Position numbers and translations under genes: made by a program. Positions 8,207-16,586 of a DNA stretch of 32,000 nt are shown here, in pieces. Within the stretch, counting starts at the first letter, position 1. Each line of letters starts with the position of its first letter. The notes beneath the pieces were generated by a model. It ran no database searches and was not told the DNA's origin. It saw only the letters and a program-made list of their open reading frames with translations. The stretch comes from Pyrodictium abyssi (GTDB taxonomy: Archaea > Thermoproteota > Thermoprotei_A > Sulfolobales > Pyrodictiaceae), in NCBI RefSeq assembly GCF_036323395.1, contig NZ_AP028907.1:810001-842000 (forward strand). Direction: 5' to 3'.

Positions 8207-8650
8207 GCCTATATTCTTTATGAACTTTTTTAGGCTTGCGCTTGTAGCCATTGCTATGAACTCGTCTAGACCTATACCCTTATCTAGTACTTCGTCGTCT
8301 ATCTTAATCCCTCCGGAGTTTGTCTGCTTTGCCATGTCTACTGGTATGAGCTTCCAGCCTTTGTTAGGCCTCTTTACAGCTACTAGTGGTGTCGCGCCAG
8401 CTCTTCGCGAGAACTCTAGGAGCTTTTCCAGCTGGTTTTTATCAATATATATAGGAGAGTTGTCACGGCGGTACTTAACCTCGAACGCGTATATTTTGCC
8501 CCTAAAGATGGCGACTACGTCCGGGTAGGCTGCTAGCCTCGTCCGTGCTCCACTGGCTGGTGCACGCATTACTGCAAACCCTTTGCTCCATAGCTTTCTG
8601 ACTAGCTCTCTTTCTGCCTCGAAGCCTCTCCTACGTCTAGTGTTCTGCAT
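8204..8650 (-). CDS. hjc: Holliday junction resolvase Hjc
   Basis: 148 aa. GFEAERELVRKLWSKGFAVMRAPASG...PDVVAI...IYAFEVKYRR matches the archaeal Hjc nuclease core (E...PD...ExK). Confidence 0.9.
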   Translation of the reverse strand: MQNTRRRRGFEAERELVRKLWSKGFAVMRAPASGARTRLAAYPDVVAIFRGKIYAFEVKYRRDNSPIYIDKNQLEKLLEFSRRAGATPLVAVKRPNKGWKLIPVDMAKQTNSGGIKIDDEVLDKGIGLDEFIAMATSASLKKFIKNIG

Positions 8651-8671
8651 GTGCTTCTCCCACAGATACTG

Positions 8672-10231
8672 TTACCCTATCATGTTAACCCTTATTGTAA
8701 CACCATACTTGTCTTCGAGTTTCTTTAGCTTTTTCATCTTCTTCATCAGTGTCTTAGCAGCTATTCTGGGTACGTGCACCATCACCAGGTTATCGCGGAT
8801 TTCGACTTCAGCACCTGGTATTATGCGTTCAATGAGACGCTTTATTTTCTCATTGTACGCTGATGTTGTGACTTCCTTCACGGGCACTACTACTGTTTGC
8901 TCTCCGAAAGTGTATATCTCGTACGCAAGCTCGTCCGTTAGTGCATCACGTACTTCAACAACAGGTCTAGCAAGGTCTGCCTCACGTAGCCCTGTTGGCA
9001 GCTTGACAGTCATCCGGAGTTCGTAGACCTTCTCTACACGGCCTCTATCTACGAATATAACGGTGTCTATTATGCTTGGCAGCATGCCTATGTCTACTCT
9101 CCTGATAAACCTCTGGACAGCGTCTATGGGTGTGGTAGCGTGCACTACACCTATCATACCTATGCCTGCTAGCCTTAAGTCTATGTATAGACGGAAGTCC
9201 TGGTCGTCACGTAGCTCGTCAAATACTGTATAGTCCGGCCTGCTTAGCAGCAGTATGTCATGCAGCTCCCCTACGTCAGCGTAGTTTTTCGAGTACTGAG
9301 TTATGTCCGGCGGAAGCAGCATATCGCGTGGCGATTCTATAGTCTTGACCACTTTCCCTTTGCTAGCATAGTACTCGGCGAGTGCTTGTGCGAATGTTGT
9401 TTTGCCCATACCAGGTGCACCGGCTATTAGTATGCCTTCAGCCCTCTCATCGAGACGGCGCAGAAGCTTTGATGGAAGCTTGTAGTCTTCTAGCCGTAGC
9501 CGTTTAACTGGCCTTACTGCTGTTATTTCCCAGCCTTCGCTGAGTGGGGGCCTAGTTATCACTATCCTGTAACTACCCAGTTGTACTATTGTTGAGCCTG
9601 CTCTATCTATCTCTATGAACCCGTCTGGTCTACGTCTAGCTACTTCAACTATTTCCCTAGCAATCATTTCGACTTCTTCTCGGGACATTGGCTTCGAGGA
9701 GAGGTCCACGAGAATCCAGTTGCCCGGGGTACCCTTCTTCGCGCGGGGCGGGCTACCTTCTTTTATGTGGACGCTCATGGTATTCTCGTCAAAGAAGTCT
9801 TCTATCCTTAGCTTTTCTTCTCGCCGGGGTTGTACGTATACAACACCGACGCCCATAGCTTCAGCTACGAGTGCTTGAACACGGTCAGCTGTCACGAGTG
9901 TTGCTCCAATCTCGTATGCATAATCTCTTATTAATGCATCTATTGTGCCATAATGGGCGCCTCTAATGTCGTGTATTGACGGTCTTTGACCTACAATCTC
10001 AATCTCTATCAAGCCCTGTTTTGCGAGCTCGCGTAGCCTCTTTATTTCATCGAGGCCAGCATGCCCGGTGGCTTTGCCCTTGTTCGCCTGACTTTCCAGC
10101 TCGGCTATAACCGCCTTATGTATTACCACTTTCCCTCTAATTTTGCCATCTTTAACAAGTCTGGATACAGCGCCCTCGACCAGTACACTGGTATCTGGAA
10201 CATATACCGGTACGTGCTCAAAGCTATACAC
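8672..10231 (-). CDS. pina: PIN-domain / P-loop ATPase / KH-domain protein (PINA-type ATPase)
   Basis: N-terminal PIN-like domain (VPDTSVLVEG...), central Walker A IAGAPGMGKTT, Walker B-like DYTVFDELRD, and a C-terminal KH-like region. It ends 21 nt upstream of hjc on the same strand, so an operon is likely. Confidence 0.8.
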   Translation of the reverse strand: MYSFEHVPVYVPDTSVLVEGAVSRLVKDGKIRGKVVIHKAVIAELESQANKGKATGHAGLDEIKRLRELAKQGLIEIEIVGQRPSIHDIRGAHYGTIDALIRDYAYEIGATLVTADRVQALVAEAMGVGVVYVQPRREEKLRIEDFFDENTMSVHIKEGSPPRAKKGTPGNWILVDLSSKPMSREEVEMIAREIVEVARRRPDGFIEIDRAGSTIVQLGSYRIVITRPPLSEGWEITAVRPVKRLRLEDYKLPSKLLRRLDERAEGILIAGAPGMGKTTFAQALAEYYASKGKVVKTIESPRDMLLPPDITQYSKNYADVGELHDILLLSRPDYTVFDELRDDQDFRLYIDLRLAGIGMIGVVHATTPIDAVQRFIRRVDIGMLPSIIDTVIFVDRGRVEKVYELRMTVKLPTGLREADLARPVVEVRDALTDELAYEIYTFGEQTVVVPVKEVTTSAYNEKIKRLIERIIPGAEVEIRDNLVMVHVPRIAAKTLMKKMKKLKKLEDKYGVTIRVNMIG

Positions 10232-10379
10232 GGCCCTTTACAGCCCCCATTACGATGCCAGTACACCGGGAGGCCCTATAGCTCTAATTCTTGCATACTA
10301 GCTACCTCTAGTGGTTAGATTCGTTTGACTCACCGCTGGACCTCTCTCCGGGAAAATAGGCTACATATAGGGCGACAGA

Positions 10380-10598
10380 GTGCCGCGAGTACACATTGAT
10401 GTGGGGAAGCTTGTATCAACACTAATAACACTTGGCTATGTTTATATCACAGTTGATCAGCTTGCATCAATACTAGGTATTTCGACGAGAACCGCTGGTA
10501 GGATTCTTGCAGAAATGTCGCGGCGCGGGCTAGCAAAACGCTGGAGTAAAAGGACATATAAGCTAGAGCTACTGCAGCTAACCGAGGTGAGTAATTAA
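10380..10598 (+). CDS. small winged-helix DNA-binding protein
   Basis: 72 aa with a GTG start. The HTH ITVDQLASILGISTRTAGRILAEMSRRGLAKR is followed by a wing. Confidence 0.55.
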   Translation: MPRVHIDVGKLVSTLITLGYVYITVDQLASILGISTRTAGRILAEMSRRGLAKRWSKRTYKLELLQLTEVSN

Positions 10599-10922
10599 TT
10601 GCCAAAACCCGTTAAACTAATACTTGTAACAGCAGACCACCATCCACAACATAAGCTATGGATCCAACTAGTAGAAGACGTAGCCAGGAATACTGACCTA
10701 GAGAAGGAGGTCCGAGAAGAAGACTATATGCTGCTAACCGAGTATGGCGACACTGATGATCTAGGCATGCCATGGCTTCCACAGCTACTTGTTCAACTAG
10801 ATGATGGCTCTATCAAGGTGCTTTTATCGCGCCTACCACTCGGGAAAGACTTGAAGCCTGATGTAGAGGAGGCGAAGCGCATAGTACTGGGTAAGCTAAA
10901 CGAGCTATTAACCAATAATTGA
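10599..10922 (+). CDS. hypothetical protein, possibly thioredoxin-like fold without CxxC
   Basis: 107 aa. The TTG start directly abuts the TAA stop of the upstream wHTH gene (taa-ttg). The strand-helix pattern and PWLPQLLVQLDDGSIKV resemble the cis-Pro beta3-beta4 of a Trx fold. There are no cysteines. Confidence 0.45.
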   Translation: MPKPVKLILVTADHHPQHKLWIQLVEDVARNTDLEKEVREEDYMLLTEYGDTDDLGMPWLPQLLVQLDDGSIKVLLSRLPLGKDLKPDVEEAKRIVLGKLNELLTNN

Positions 10923-11209
10923 GGCTATACCGCTGAGCCCTCCAACTAGAAATATCGGTCAAAGCGCCTAGCCTCTACACTATAATTGTTTTCCTTGCCT
11001 ACCTAGCATACAGCTATGTTACCACTTGCGTTTTACACTGCATAGCATCTTTGACAGCTATTAGCCCACTGAGTTGAATCGCATAAACTTACCGGGATAC
11101 ATACCTATATATAGCGGGCTAGTGGAGCGTCCGACCCGAGATAGACTCACAGCACAATGTTAGCGACACTATAGATTCAACTCCATTTGGCCGCAAAGGT
11201 GGGTATGAA

Positions 11210-11728
11210 ATGAAGATACTTGTGATCAGGGCCGATGAAGGAAAGCTCGTATCATCCGACGTAGTTGAAGGCGATTTCAGTGAAGTAGCTAAGGACATTG
11301 TAAGAAGAGCCCTTGAAGAGTGGAATCCTGCAGAGAGCGATTTAACCGCTATAAGGACTAAGTTTGAGCTACGCTACAAGCTTCCTATAGACCCGGATCT
11401 CTACGATAAGATAATGGACCTAAACCTGGAGCTCATAAGAGAGGGCAATGAGCTCATAGTTAACTTGCCGGTGCTAACCATAAGCTTCGACAACGCATGG
11501 CTAGATGATGCCTATCTAGACAAGCGTATGTACATAGTATCGCTATACCTCGACGATGCCGCTAAGCAACAGCTAGAAGAATACGCTGTAGAGGCAACAA
11601 AAGAGCCGAAGAGAATTGACACGGGTCAGCCGCTCTCGCTAGGCGAGGAGGACTTGAAAAGACTAGAAGAGGGGCTAGAGGAGATAGAGGAAGAAAAGCC
11701 AAAACGCCGCCGCAGGAAAAAGAAGTAA
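11210..11728 (+). CDS. hypothetical acidic protein with poly-basic C-terminal tail
   Basis: 172 aa with an ATG preceded by AAAGGTGGG. Acidic overall; it ends in EEIEEEKPKRRRRKKK. Convergent with polB1. Confidence 0.6.
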   Translation: MKILVIRADEGKLVSSDVVEGDFSEVAKDIVRRALEEWNPAESDLTAIRTKFELRYKLPIDPDLYDKIMDLNLELIREGNELIVNLPVLTISFDNAWLDDAYLDKRMYIVSLYLDDAAKQQLEEYAVEATKEPKRIDTGQPLSLGEEDLKRLEEGLEEIEEEKPKRRRRKKK

Positions 11729-11788
11729 ACGGTACATCATACACTCTTGCGTCTAAATCTAGTTATGTTCTAGTGTATGCTTCATGGA

Positions 11789-14700
11789 TTAGCGTTTAAA
11801 GAATACTTCAAGGCGCGAGGATCCTATTACCTCATCCCATGACATGTTTATGGCTAGTAGTATCTGCTCGAACACACCCTTTACACTCTCTATGTACTTT
11901 TCTGCATCAACTTCCGGCAGTCTAGCAAGCTGAACCGGCTTGACACCTTCCTTACCTTTAACCTTTACAAACGATATAACGTCACCTGGTAGTACTTGTA
12001 CACCGGCTCTTATCAGCTGCTTAGCAGCCTTAACGTGCTGCGGAGTATTCTTTGTATACGCTTCAACAGGCTTATTCAATGCCATTCTTATAGCTAGCTC
12101 GTCGAGATTGAATTCCATATCACGTAAGCCATGATAGACTTTACGTAGCCTATCTCTTATAGAGTCCCTTACACGTATGAAGTCCTCCGGAGTCTTCACC
12201 GAGCCGAGTATAGCCAGTATTTCTTTAAACTCCTTCTTAAGGAACTCTGGTGTGTTACGCTTCTTAGCTACAAGCCCCTTGACATCAACACTGCCGTCTT
12301 CATAGGCACCTATGTAGTTCTTCTTAAGCCCGCTAAATGTTACAAATTTGTATACTTTATCAACCTCGAGGTCTAGCCCAAAGTTGGTCTCAACATACTC
12401 CTGCAGCTCTCTGAGACCCTCTTCACTAGGATTCCATATGAAGAGTGAGTCAGTGTCACCATAGAGTACGCGTAGTCCTATTTCTCCCGCCTTTTGTAAC
12501 GTTTGCCTAATGGTATAGCGCCCGATTGCTGTAACGCTTTCCGCGACTGGAGGTGCATAGAATGGGAAGCTCTCTGCACCAAATACTCCGTAGCTCGCGT
12601 TTATGTATACCTTCATTGCCGCCTGGACTGTATTGTACCAGGCTCTCATCATGACTGGCAATGACTTGTCCTTTGCCTTCTTCTTATATATCTTGACGCG
12701 GTAGTCTCTTAGCAGTCCAACAATCTGCGATGTAAGCCCTGGTATACTCATACAGACCTTATGTCCTACATCTGGCACTTCTACAAGTTTTGAGTCCGGA
12801 CAGTATACGGGGTTAACGGTTTCGTAGCTTAGATTCCATCTCTTGATTATACTCGGGTACAGGCTGGCGAAGTCCAGGACGACCACATTGAAGTATATAC
12901 CGCTCGGTGGATCTAGTACCAGTGCTCCTTGGTACTTCTTACCTTTTATTAGTGCTGCTGAGCGTGTATCACCCTTAAGCCGGATTATTTCTTCTCTTGT
13001 CGGTATTAGGTAGCCTCTCCTTCTGTGCTCCCAGTAGAAGAGGCTCTTAATCCATGCAGATACCTGGCTTCTGGTAACGTCTTCTAATGGAAGCTTTGAT
13101 ATACGCATGAGCAGTATTATCAGCGTCCATACGAGGTCGTTATTGAAGCTGGTGAGTTTAAGCGTGAGGTCTGCGTCACGGACGTTATACCTTATGAGCT
13201 CGAAGAAGGGTAGATCACTTACAGTAGACTCAACTTCAACCTTGTGTTCGCCTAGAAGTGCTGACGCTACAGCGTCGAGAGTAAACTCGCGGTATGCATT
13301 ACCGAAGGCATACGTTTGTATAGCCTTTATGCTAAAGAACTTGTACAAGTCTATATGGAAGCCATATGTAACTGTAATGTAGTCGCCCCTCGCACGGAAC
13401 GGTATATAGTCGCGCGGTATACCCAGCTTCACAGCCCGATTGTACAAGTAGGGGAAGTCGAAGTTGTCGCCGTTGAAGCTTAGCACTATTGGGTAGTTAG
13501 CTATTATACGAAACGTCTCAAGGAGAAGAGCACGTTCATCGTCAAATATCTCTACATGCAGGTTGTCGGGTAGAGGCTCACGTGGAGGCTCCATCGGCAT
13601 ACCCGGCCGCGCGAGTACGAATATGGCTCGCCAGCCCTCGTCGGAGGAAAAGGCGACACTGATAACTGGATAGCTAGCTTTTGAGGCGTCTGGTATTCTG
13701 CCTTTAAAAGGTGTAAACACCTCGATGTCTATGGCTACTCTACGAGGCTTGGGAGGAGGCTGCTCGAATAGAGGGAACCATTTAACGGCCATTTCTATTG
13801 TGCTTTCATCCTCGCCTTTGAATATCTCACGTATGTATTCTTCGTCTTTTTTGCTTGGTTCCACATCTACTGCTACCAGCCTACCATTTTCTATCCGGTA
13901 TCTCATGCCGGGTATCAAGCCGTAGTCGTATATATAGTTGTGATGAAACTTTATGTTGGCCTCCCATGCACGTGGAACTTTTTCACGAAGAACTCTCACC
14001 ACGTCAGGAGTCTTGACCACTATCTTTGTTACCTTTCTCTGTTGCCACCTAAGTAGGTCAAACTTTTCAACAACCTCTACGCGGTCAAAGCCCTTATGCC
14101 GAACGATATCATGTATTTCCTGTATCTTGTCCGGCGGTATGTCTGTCAGAAAGTATGGCTTATACCCGGTCTTATCCCGGTAAATGTAGACTATGCCTTC
14201 GCGGTCGTCATAAACCTTAGCTGCTGCAACACCGGATTCACTGTCATACAGTGTCTGCAGTAAGAAGCCCTCGACGCCATCTCTAGCTTCTACCGGCTTC
14301 CTGACAAGGGGGAGCGATGACAGCTTTTCAAGGAAGCCTACATGTTTACCAGCTATAATAGACTCTAAGGCCTGCGGCACGCTTGTTGGACCATGCCTAT
14401 CCGCTGTCGTTGCCACTCCGCTGCCGATACTACTATCCTGTCTACTCGCGCTGCTCGCTGACATGTCGTGCGCCGTGCCAACGCCCAGTACTGTGTCAGG
14501 AGCTGCGCCGCCGAGGTTACCTACTATGTTGATACTATTGGCGTAGCCTTTACCATTCTCACTGGCGGATTCTCCACCTTCATGCGCATCGTTTTTAGCG
14601 GTGGCTATTTCGGAGAGAAGCTCGCGAAACCTACTCTCATAGAATTCTTCTATGCTGCCAGGCCCAGCTTGCAGCTTGCCATCTTCTCTAGTACCTTTGC

Positions 14701-14845
14701 CAGCTTTTTCTGCCTCCCGGACATGGCTACGCTGTTTTCCTACATTACTTGTAGCTGTATTTGTCTTCCTAGTTAGACCCCTAGCTGGAGAAAGGAATTC
14801 AAGCAGATTCCTTTCTCCAGCGCGCTTCCTTACACGCTTCGCCAC
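11789..14845 (-). CDS. polB1: family B DNA polymerase, crenarchaeal PolB1 type
   Basis: Exo motifs VAIDIEV, FNGDNFDFPYL and YNVRDA. Pol motif A LDFASLYPSII, motif B KVYINASYGVFG and motif C VLYGDTDSLF. The whole body resembles Sulfolobus PolB1 as I remember it. GTG start at 14845. About 190 aa precede the conserved N-terminal domain. Confidence 0.92.
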   Translation of the reverse strand: MAKRVRKRAGERNLLEFLSPARGLTRKTNTATSNVGKQRSHVREAEKAGKGTREDGKLQAGPGSIEEFYESRFRELLSEIATAKNDAHEGGESASENGKGYANSINIVGNLGGAAPDTVLGVGTAHDMSASSASRQDSSIGSGVATTADRHGPTSVPQALESIIAGKHVGFLEKLSSLPLVRKPVEARDGVEGFLLQTLYDSESGVAAAKVYDDREGIVYIYRDKTGYKPYFLTDIPPDKIQEIHDIVRHKGFDRVEVVEKFDLLRWQQRKVTKIVVKTPDVVRVLREKVPRAWEANIKFHHNYIYDYGLIPGMRYRIENGRLVAVDVEPSKKDEEYIREIFKGEDESTIEMAVKWFPLFEQPPPKPRRVAIDIEVFTPFKGRIPDASKASYPVISVAFSSDEGWRAIFVLARPGMPMEPPREPLPDNLHVEIFDDERALLLETFRIIANYPIVLSFNGDNFDFPYLYNRAVKLGIPRDYIPFRARGDYITVTYGFHIDLYKFFSIKAIQTYAFGNAYREFTLDAVASALLGEHKVEVESTVSDLPFFELIRYNVRDADLTLKLTSFNNDLVWTLIILLMRISKLPLEDVTRSQVSAWIKSLFYWEHRRRGYLIPTREEIIRLKGDTRSAALIKGKKYQGALVLDPPSGIYFNVVVLDFASLYPSIIKRWNLSYETVNPVYCPDSKLVEVPDVGHKVCMSIPGLTSQIVGLLRDYRVKIYKKKAKDKSLPVMMRAWYNTVQAAMKVYINASYGVFGAESFPFYAPPVAESVTAIGRYTIRQTLQKAGEIGLRVLYGDTDSLFIWNPSEEGLRELQEYVETNFGLDLEVDKVYKFVTFSGLKKNYIGAYEDGSVDVKGLVAKKRNTPEFLKKEFKEILAILGSVKTPEDFIRVRDSIRDRLRKVYHGLRDMEFNLDELAIRMALNKPVEAYTKNTPQHVKAAKQLIRAGVQVLPGDVISFVKVKGKEGVKPVQLARLPEVDAEKYIESVKGVFEQILLAINMSWDEVIGSSRLEVFFKR
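14785..14820. repeat. perfect 14-bp inverted repeat with 8-nt spacer inside the 5' end of polB1
   Basis: CTGGAGAAAGGAAT (14785-14798), tcaagcag, ATTCCTTTCTCCAG (14807-14820). Read directly from the sequence. It covers polB1 codons about 9-21. Confidence 0.9.
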
Positions 14846-14935
14846 GCACTGCCCCCTATACGCCTCTCTAATGTAACACCGTATAAGGTGGCTGACCTAT
14901 GGCGAGCTACCAACAACACAGAATTACATGTAATG

Positions 14936-14943
14936 CTTAAAAG
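14936..14943 (+). promoter_or_regulatory. TATA-like box upstream of tRNA-Arg
   Basis: CTTAAAAG lies 41-48 nt upstream of the mature tRNA 5' end. This is compatible with an archaeal promoter plus a short leader. Positional evidence only. Confidence 0.3.
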
Positions 14944-14983
14944 GGTCTACCGTATCTGAAGAGCCATAATGGCGGAAAGAGGT

Positions 14984-15061
14984 GGGCCCGTAGTCTAGCC
15001 AGGATAGGACGCCGGCCTGCGGAGCCGGTAGTCCGGGGTTCAAATCCCCGCGGGCCCGCCA
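14984..15061 (+). tRNA. tRNA-Arg (anticodon GCG), CCA encoded
   Basis: Hand-folded cloverleaf: acceptor GGGCCCG/CGGGCCC, D arm GUCU-AGCCAGGAUA-GGAC, anticodon arm CCGGC-CUGCGGA-GCCGG (GCG). Variable loop UAGUC, T arm CGGGG-UUCAAAU-CCCCG, discriminator G, then CCA. 78 nt, no intron. Confidence 0.93.
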
Positions 15062-15102
15062 CTCCCTTTACACTACCAGAGGGGCCCAGAAACGGGGATC
15101 GC

Positions 15103-16107
15103 ATGAGGCTACCCTCTTGGTGTAGAATCAATAGAATTATAGACGCATCGCTCCAATTAACGCCCGGAGATCTCCTAGTAGCTGACGACGGGCGTGTACT
15201 GCTCTATGTACGGCGCGTACACGGCCTAAAGGTCATGGCAATACCCAAGTACGTCGCAGGCTACGGGCCTTGGAGCATACCTTATTTTACCACGCTTAGA
15301 CGCGTCATAGGGACTTACTCCCCCCACGAAGTCAGTGCTTTATCTTCTATCGCGGACAAAGAGTATCTGCCCTATTACGGGGCTACAGCACCGCTACAAG
15401 ACCTCGCCACATTTAGGGGACTCATATGCAGCCTCACACCTCCACTGCATAGAGCGATAGCCGAGCTAGACCGGTTCTCAAATAACGAATGGTCCCTTCT
15501 GTCTACAGTTTTGCCAGAGCTACTGGTGTGTGGAAAACCCACAGGGTCCCTACTCATGGCTTCCCTCAGGAGCTTCTCGGACATAGATATAATTTATATA
15601 ATTGACAGTACATCATGCACAAAGGCACTAGAGGAACACATACAATACAGCCGTGTAAGACCTCTGCCCCATACCCAGCTCACTGAGTGGTGCCACCGCG
15701 AGGCTACCTCGCGAGGCTTGCCCATAGAAATTGTCGCTAAGCTTTACCGTTCTTGGTCGCGATTTGTATTAGGAAAGCGTACCATCTCATTATCATTCGC
15801 GTCTGCTTCTCTACGGTGGAGCGAAGAAAGAAGAATAGTACATACAAGCAACAGTATCGTAGAGACGACTGTACATGTAGACCCGTACAGCTATAGCCTT
15901 GCCGATTTCCCCGCGATAGTTGAGACTAGAGAAGGCATATACATACTTGTGTACGATGGACTATTCATACCACCACTTTATGAGGGAGGTGTGTTCCGCG
16001 TACGCGGCATCATGTCAAAAGTATCGACTAGCAAGGGCGACATCGACGCACTTGTTGTAGGCATTAGGGAGGCATTAACCTTTGTTGAACCACTACGCGC
16101 CCGGTAA
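15103..16107 (+). CDS. hypothetical protein with Pol-beta-type nucleotidyltransferase motif
   Basis: 334 aa, starting 41 nt after the tRNA. The central motif GKPTGSLLMASLRSFSDIDIIYII fits hG[GS]-x(9-13)-DhDh of minimal nucleotidyltransferases. The C-terminal about 90 aa is beta-rich and OB-like (ILVYDGLFIPPLYEGGVFRVRGIM). Function unknown. Confidence 0.55.
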   Translation: MRLPSWCRINRIIDASLQLTPGDLLVADDGRVLLYVRRVHGLKVMAIPKYVAGYGPWSIPYFTTLRRVIGTYSPHEVSALSSIADKEYLPYYGATAPLQDLATFRGLICSLTPPLHRAIAELDRFSNNEWSLLSTVLPELLVCGKPTGSLLMASLRSFSDIDIIYIIDSTSCTKALEEHIQYSRVRPLPHTQLTEWCHREATSRGLPIEIVAKLYRSWSRFVLGKRTISLSFASASLRWSEERRIVHTSNSIVETTVHVDPYSYSLADFPAIVETREGIYILVYDGLFIPPLYEGGVFRVRGIMSKVSTSKGDIDALVVGIREALTFVEPLRAR

Positions 16108-16196
16108 AGGAGCTACAGCTTGCATGATGAGCTAGAGCCCGCAAAGGACATAAACAAGTATCATGAAAGACTACTTTACAAGTTGTTTTAATTGGC

Positions 16197-16544
16197 TTAT
16201 GCTTGTTTTAGGCTTGCCTCGAGTATGTTCATGGCTTTTTCCAGCGCCTTCCTCTTCTGTTCCTCGTTTCCAGCAGCCAGTGCCTCTACCAGTGCAGCGA
16301 ATAGGCGATAGAGATTTACTACCTCGTTTCGTAGCCTGTCAGTCTTCTCCTCTAGGTCCGATATACGTGTATTCATCGTGTCCATTAGGACGTCTACTGT
16401 ATGCAGTATCTCCTCTATCCCTTCAACACCGTGGTGATGATGGTGATGATGCCCATGATCATGCTGTGCTTCAGCTACCTCCTCAACAACCTTCTGCAGG
16501 TCATCCTCTTTCTTGGGTAGCGTCATACGCATACGCTTACCCAT
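16197..16544 (-). CDS. His-rich coiled-coil protein (putative metal-binding)
   Basis: 115 aa containing HDHGHHHHHHHG, followed by heptad-like helices (ISDLEEKTDRLRNEVVNLYRLFAALVEAL). The antisense ORF 16163..16684 is Pro/Ser-rich and looks spurious. Confidence 0.65.
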   Translation of the reverse strand: MGKRMRMTLPKKEDDLQKVVEEVAEAQHDHGHHHHHHHGVEGIEEILHTVDVLMDTMNTRISDLEEKTDRLRNEVVNLYRLFAALVEALAAGNEEQKRKALEKAMNILEASLKQA

Positions 16545-16586
16545 GCACTGCCACCATCCAGGCTGTAGCCGTGCCGGGGTTTAACT

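Noticed and set aside
14937-15131. 64-aa minus-strand ORF from the track.
   Set aside because: It lies antisense across the tRNA-Arg gene and its composition is Arg/Pro/Gly-rich. It is an artefact of GC-rich tRNA sequence.
16119-16190. Perfect C-box heptamer AUGAUGA (16125-16131, plus strand) in the gap after the NTase-like gene.
   Set aside because: There is no CUGA/xxGA D box at the expected 12-nt spacings or anywhere downstream in the gap. It is probably a chance occurrence.
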